The translations under genes were made by a program, and so were the position numbers. Below, piece by piece: positions 25,726-30,154 of a DNA stretch of 30,154 nucleotides (position 1 is the first letter of the stretch; each line of letters begins with the position of its first letter). Under the pieces are notes generated by a model. The model was not told where the DNA came from. It did not search any database and was given only the letters and a program-made list of their open reading frames with translations. Source of the DNA: a virus; the IMG/VR virus record IMGVR_UViG_3300031413_000569; one strand, given 5' to 3'.

Positions 25726-26037
25726 CTAAATTTGTTTTTTCGGATTCAAAATTACTGCCAGGTTATCGGGCCGTGGAGGATTCACCACAGTGCCATGGGT
25801 ACCAAGTTCTTCTAAAACTTCGTTCAAAAAGTCAACACCCACTTGAGGACGAGACTTCTCACGACCTCTGAGCTGAAGAAACAGTTTCACCTGATTTTTC
25901 TTAGCAAGAAACTCTTTAGCTTTCTCAACTTGACGTGCTTTGTCTGCATCGCCTACATTAATGTGGAAACGCAAAACATGCATTTTGTGCTTTGGCTGCG
26001 GCTTTGACGCTGCATCCGGGCCGTACTTGTCAACCAA
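25726..26037 (-). CDS. Stand-alone translation initiation factor IF3 C-terminal domain
   Basis: LRFHINVGDAD...KAKEFL.KKNQVKL.LQLRGRE matches IF3-C. No IF3-N domain; TTG start. Confidence 0.8.
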   Translation of the reverse strand: MVDKYGPDAASKPQPKHKMHVLRFHINVGDADKARQVEKAKEFLAKKNQVKLFLQLRGREKSRPQVGVDFLNEVLEELGTHGTVVNPPRPDNLAVILNPKKQI

Positions 26038-26040
26038 CGG

Positions 26041-28272
26041 TTAGTCACCTTTCTTAAGTGTTATTTCATAGTCTACAATATCTTGAGCTTCTTGGGCATG
26101 ATTAATCATCAAAATCTGATTGATAGGCAGTTTGCGAATCATGCTAAGAATTGCAGAACGACGGTCTTTATCCTGAGCAGTCAATGGTTCATCAAGCCAA
26201 AGCAACTCAGGGTTGCCTCCTGTGATAAGGAAAGCCACAGCTAAACGTAGGGCAAGAGCAACAGCTGATTCCTCTCCACCGGAAAGCCAAGAAACTGGCC
26301 TTTCCACTCCTTCCGCATCAACCAACGACGCTTTGAACTCAGTATCCAACTTAACTTCAGTGAAGTCACCGTTTGTCATATCAGAAATCAAAGATGTCGC
26401 ATAATCAGAAACTTCAGGAGCAATAGAAGCCACAACTTCTTGTCTGAACTGTTCCAGAACATCTGTAGTCAAACTCTTAGCAGCATGGGATGTAGCAAGA
26501 GCCTTTTTCTTGTTCCACTGTTCATAAGAGCGAGTGTAGTTACTACGTGCAGTTTCAAAACGAATTTTAGACTCAGTTAGCTTTGAAGTAAGTTCTGTGT
26601 TGGCATTGGATGCATTCTCGAAGTCCACTCTGGTTTTCTCCAGCTTGGATTCAATGTCATGGAAGTCTCGTACAGAGAAAGCCTCAGATAATTCTTTCTC
26701 TTCCCTGCGAGCAGTTTCCAAATCAAGAGCAGCTACATCTTTACGCTCCAACAATGAAGCATAAAGGTCTCGGTCTTCTTTCAAGGAACGAGCTTTGCTT
26801 CCCAAGTCAACTACCCTCTGCTGTTCAGCCTCGACTGAAATTACCTGCTCTGTAAGCTCTGCAACTAAAGGAGCCTGAACATTAATCTGCTCTACCAATT
26901 CAGCCAGCTGAGTTTCAATGCTTTTTACAGAATCACGCAGTTCATCCAGTTCAACTAACTGCCTTTTTTGCAGTTCAAGCACCCGAGTAGACTCAAACAG
27001 TTTTTCTTGCTCAGCAAGCAAATCATCAATGGTTTCTTGGTTAGTCTTGATGATGTCTTTGAACTGATTACGCAAAGCTTCAGGATTAGCTAAGTGAGTT
27101 TTGCAGGTAGGGCAATCGTCATTGTCATGTAAAGCCTGTAAGGATTCATTTAGGTCTGAGTTCTGACCTCCCAGCTGCACAGTTCTACGGCTGATTTCAT
27201 TCAGACGAGTAACAGCAGTTTCAGTTTCTGCATCCACTGATACTTTGTCTGAAGTAATAGACTCCTCAAGAGAAACAAGCCGTTGTTTTTTGCTTTCCAA
27301 AGATGAAGTCAACTGCGATTTACTTGTCTGCAAATTATTCACAGCAGCACGAAGGTTTGATTCCTTTGTGCGAGTTTCGCTTAGTAAGGCATTGACTGTC
27401 TGGTATTTTTGACGAAGGGTGTCAACATCTTCACCCTCATCTAAATCTTTGACATAGCTAACTCTTTGTAGTTGCTGCTCTAAGTTAGGAATTTCTGCAG
27501 TCAGATTGTTCACTTTGTTCTGCACCCGAGTCAAAGCTGTCTGGTTCTCCCGTGATGCATTGAGTTTAGTCATCAGAGCAGTTCGCTCATCCCTCAGAGC
27601 GTCAAGAGTCAGCTGGACCCTTTCCAAAGACTCTTGAGCTTCACCTGTAGCGTTATTGAAGAAATCAACATCAGCTCCAGCGTTATCTACCTGGTCCTGT
27701 GAACCAGGTAAAGCATCTAAAGTCTTCTTAGAGTCTTTTTCATCTTCACGAGCTTTCTTTAAAGCGTCATTGATGGTGTCAACACCAGCAAGCTTCTCAA
27801 TAATAGCTTTACGCTCTGAAGGTAGAGCCCTAACGAAAGCGTCAAGCTCTTTCTGACGGACTACGAAAGCGGTAAGGAATCCTTCTGCTGTTACACCCAA
27901 GCGTCGTCTCATCCAGCCATCAGCGGCTCCTGAGGATGTCATAGACTCTGTTTGTCCGTCAACATAAATGTTTACGACAGGTCGGTTTTTGGCACCTTTG
28001 AGCTCACGAATTACTTCAACAATCTGTCCAGCATGTGAGAAAACAACACTTACTGAACATTCTTCTTCACCTGAGCCAATACGACGCAGACCTGCAACGG
28101 TAATGTCTTTGGGGCGAACGCCATATAAAGCAAACATTACTGCAGTTAGAACAGATGTCTTACCTGCACCATTCGCACCGAAGATACCGGTGATGCCTTC
28201 TTCTTTGGGCTGAAAAGTCAGTTCTTTGATTGCTCGGAAATTACGAATACGGATTGATTTCAAGGTCAACAT
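26041..28272 (-). CDS. sbcC: SbcC/Rad50 ATPase
   Basis: NFRA, GANGAGKT, coiled coil with CPTC zinc hook, LSGGE, LDEP, INH. Confidence 0.93.
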   Translation of the reverse strand: MLTLKSIRIRNFRAIKELTFQPKEEGITGIFGANGAGKTSVLTAVMFALYGVRPKDITVAGLRRIGSGEEECSVSVVFSHAGQIVEVIRELKGAKNRPVVNIYVDGQTESMTSSGAADGWMRRRLGVTAEGFLTAFVVRQKELDAFVRALPSERKAIIEKLAGVDTINDALKKAREDEKDSKKTLDALPGSQDQVDNAGADVDFFNNATGEAQESLERVQLTLDALRDERTALMTKLNASRENQTALTRVQNKVNNLTAEIPNLEQQLQRVSYVKDLDEGEDVDTLRQKYQTVNALLSETRTKESNLRAAVNNLQTSKSQLTSSLESKKQRLVSLEESITSDKVSVDAETETAVTRLNEISRRTVQLGGQNSDLNESLQALHDNDDCPTCKTHLANPEALRNQFKDIIKTNQETIDDLLAEQEKLFESTRVLELQKRQLVELDELRDSVKSIETQLAELVEQINVQAPLVAELTEQVISVEAEQQRVVDLGSKARSLKEDRDLYASLLERKDVAALDLETARREEKELSEAFSVRDFHDIESKLEKTRVDFENASNANTELTSKLTESKIRFETARSNYTRSYEQWNKKKALATSHAAKSLTTDVLEQFRQEVVASIAPEVSDYATSLISDMTNGDFTEVKLDTEFKASLVDAEGVERPVSWLSGGEESAVALALRLAVAFLITGGNPELLWLDEPLTAQDKDRRSAILSMIRKLPINQILMINHAQEAQDIVDYEITLKKGD

Positions 28273-29475
28273 TTAGTGGCCATGTCCTTCCAGCTCGGAC
28301 AAATCACGAGCTTGTGCTAAGTAGTCTTCTGCTGATTTGATAACAATTTCACGGTATTCTTCTGGCACGCTTTTGGCAGCATGTTCAGTGAATAGCTTGT
28401 AGTTATCGATGAGGTTCACAGTTCTGCGGTTTGTCAGACTTGCTGCCACTTTGGTGTCACGCTTTTCAGCGGTAGGCTTCATGAGTTCAAGCTGCCAAGA
28501 CAAAGTATGCTGACGGAGTGTTTTGATGCGGTTGTAGTCTAAACCTTCACGCATTACGCGACTGGTGTTCATGATTCGTTGACGTACGATAGGCTCCATA
28601 TCCAGACCGACAGTACGTTCCAAGTGCATCTCAAGTAAGTCCATCACTTCGGAAGGGTTCTTACCTTCGGCATCAATGGTAGGTAAGTCGAACTGAGGAC
28701 GTTGTGTAATGTCCTTAGGAGTCACTGTAACGGCGCCGTTTGGTTCAATCTGCACCAGGAGCCATCCACGTGGTCCTGGGTCGTCAGTGAAGCCACGACG
28801 GACTGCTGAACCTGCATACCAGGTGTTTAGCGACTCTGCTCCAACCGCATAACGTGAATGGTAGTGTCCCAGAAGGTTTGCAACAAACATGTCTTCTGTA
28901 ATCAATTCAACTGGAATGATTTGTTCACGAGGGGAGTCGATACATTTGAGAAGCGTCTGATTCTTTGGGTCCAACGCAGCACCATGGGTAGTGAAAACAT
29001 TCAACACATCAGAGGAAACTTTTAACTCTGGAGCGTCTTCTTCATGTAGTCCGTGGTGAGACATTGCATGTAGCAAGATACCATCAGTGAGTTCAATCAC
29101 TTTGTATGGCTCGTAAATCATATTGATGTTACGTCCAGGGTCATGGAATGCAGCAACAGCGGATAAATCTTCAATACGGTCAGAAGAGTCATGATTTCCT
29201 CCTACTGCGTGAACAGGAATTCCTGCTTCTGCAAATTTACGCAAGTAAAAGTTTCCTACGGCCACATCTCTTACTGAAGGCTGAGAAGAGTGCGAAAGGT
29301 CGCCTCCATGAACAACTGCATCAATAGGTACATCTGATTCAAGGATGCCTTTAGTGATATCCCGCAGAGCATTATAACCGTCTTGCACTCGAATGTTCAC
29401 ACCGCGAGTGTTGGTCTTAGAATGGGCTCGATACCCTAAATGTGAGTCTGCAAAGAAAGCGATGTTGTATGTCAT
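28273..29475 (-). CDS. sbcD: SbcD/Mre11 nuclease
   Basis: ADSHLG, GGDL, GNHD, HG, LGHYH, YAGS; adjacent to sbcC. Confidence 0.93.
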   Translation of the reverse strand: MTYNIAFFADSHLGYRAHSKTNTRGVNIRVQDGYNALRDITKGILESDVPIDAVVHGGDLSHSSQPSVRDVAVGNFYLRKFAEAGIPVHAVGGNHDSSDRIEDLSAVAAFHDPGRNINMIYEPYKVIELTDGILLHAMSHHGLHEEDAPELKVSSDVLNVFTTHGAALDPKNQTLLKCIDSPREQIIPVELITEDMFVANLLGHYHSRYAVGAESLNTWYAGSAVRRGFTDDPGPRGWLLVQIEPNGAVTVTPKDITQRPQFDLPTIDAEGKNPSEVMDLLEMHLERTVGLDMEPIVRQRIMNTSRVMREGLDYNRIKTLRQHTLSWQLELMKPTAEKRDTKVAASLTNRRTVNLIDNYKLFTEHAAKSVPEEYREIVIKSAEDYLAQARDLSELEGHGH

Positions 29476-29601
29476 ATTGGTTCTATTGTATCAATAACTA
29501 CCGAAGTTCCCTGGTTTATGAGGCTTGTTTGCCTGATTTAGCAGCGCCCGCCGATAGTTAGCTGTAGTCAGCTGCCTGGAAGAGAAAGTCTGGAAAGATA
29601 T

Positions 29602-30154
29602 ATGAGTGAAAGCTCTGAACGTGAAGAGATAACCCGTGAAAACTGGGAAAGCTATCTCCAAAACCCGACTAAGGCGTTTGAAGCGAAAGTAGTCGAAACA
29701 TACAGCTACATTCCCCGTACCATTGCATACCAGTTTGCACGTAAAAAACCACACCTTCTTGATGTAGAGGATTTGGTTCAAGCCGGCATGATGGGTTTGG
29801 TGCAAGCAATCTCCAGGTACGACCCAACTCAAAAAGCAAAGTTCAATACTTTTGCAACTTTCCGTGTTCGTGGTGCAATTCTTGACCAGATCAACAAGGT
29901 TGACTGGACTCCTCGACCAGTTAGAGAACGAATCAAAAAAGTGATTCGTGTCATTGAAATGCTCAATGGCCAGGCTAATGACGATTCATCAAATGACGCC
30001 AAGCTTATTGCTGAGCATATTGAGGACATGACTTTAGAAGAAGTAGAAAAAGTACTTCTTCAGTTGAAGAAAACCTACATCACTCATATCGATAAAGATG
30101 TCATGAGTGCGTTAGAGTTCAACAACCCAGAACAAGCCACCCGTGATAACAACC
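29602..30154 (+). CDS. FliA/WhiG (sigma-28)-like RNA polymerase sigma factor, truncated by the window end; absent from the ORF track
   Basis: Manual translation: MSESSERE...DVEDLVQAGMMGLVQAISRYDP...KFNTFATFRVRGAILDQINKVDWTPRPVR, the FliA region 2 signature. RBS GGAAAG. Confidence 0.9.
   Translation, partial: MSESSEREEITRENWESYLQNPTKAFEAKVVETYSYIPRTIAYQFARKKPHLLDVEDLVQAGMMGLVQAISRYDPTQKAKFNTFATFRVRGAILDQINKVDWTPRPVRERIKKVIRVIEMLNGQANDDSSNDAKLIAEHIEDMTLEEVEKVLLQLKKTYITHIDKDVMSALEFNNPEQATRDNN

Noticed and set aside
1066-28213. Numerous antisense or out-of-frame ORFs in the track (e.g. 1066..1560, 5312..5806, 15291..15809, 21976..22278)
   Set aside because: They are shadows of well-supported genes, with no motifs or translation signals.
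29491-30029. Minus-strand ORFs 29491..29832 and 29829..30029
   Set aside because: Antisense to the clear FliA-like sigma gene on the + strand.

Overview
The window is gene-dense, mostly on the minus strand, and moderately AT-rich (GC looks to be in the low 40s by eye). It most plausibly comes from a very large actinobacterial extrachromosomal element (jumbo phage or megaplasmid) rather than a chromosome. Actinobacterial signals: DUF2510, an actinobacterial-type SLT transglycosylase, a DivIVA domain, an SSB with an acidic PF tail, and leaderless genes. Five modules are visible. (1) ADP-ribose/RNA-repair and nucleotide genes: macrodomain, histidine phosphatase, Suv3-like helicase, Nudix, thyA-folA, RNA ligase. 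(2) An envelope DNA-transport cluster: FtsK/SpoIIIE ATPase, membrane-anchored HNH/DUF1524 nuclease, DUF2510, a small membrane protein, lytic transglycosylase. (3) Recombination: SSB, RuvC-like protein, a 518-aa unknown, RecX, an intein-split PD-(D/E)xK nuclease, SbcCD. (4) A repeat-expanded DivIVA protein, an A24 prepilin peptidase and an atypical Flp-like pilin. (5) Gene-expression control: two sigma-70-family factors (one FliA/WhiG-like, truncated by the window end) and a stand-alone IF3 C-terminal domain. Main hypothesis: a sigma-28-type (G)CCGATA(A/G) motif recurs upstream of several envelope, pilin and regulator genes, suggesting an element-encoded sigma regulon that drives a pole-localised pilus/FtsK DNA-transfer apparatus. 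Also noted are a candidate structured RNA upstream of the helicase and a tRNA 3'-half remnant antisense in the RNA ligase leader. All family calls come from motif recognition by eye; no searches were run. No virion structural genes, integrase, intact tRNA/rRNA or CRISPR array are visible.
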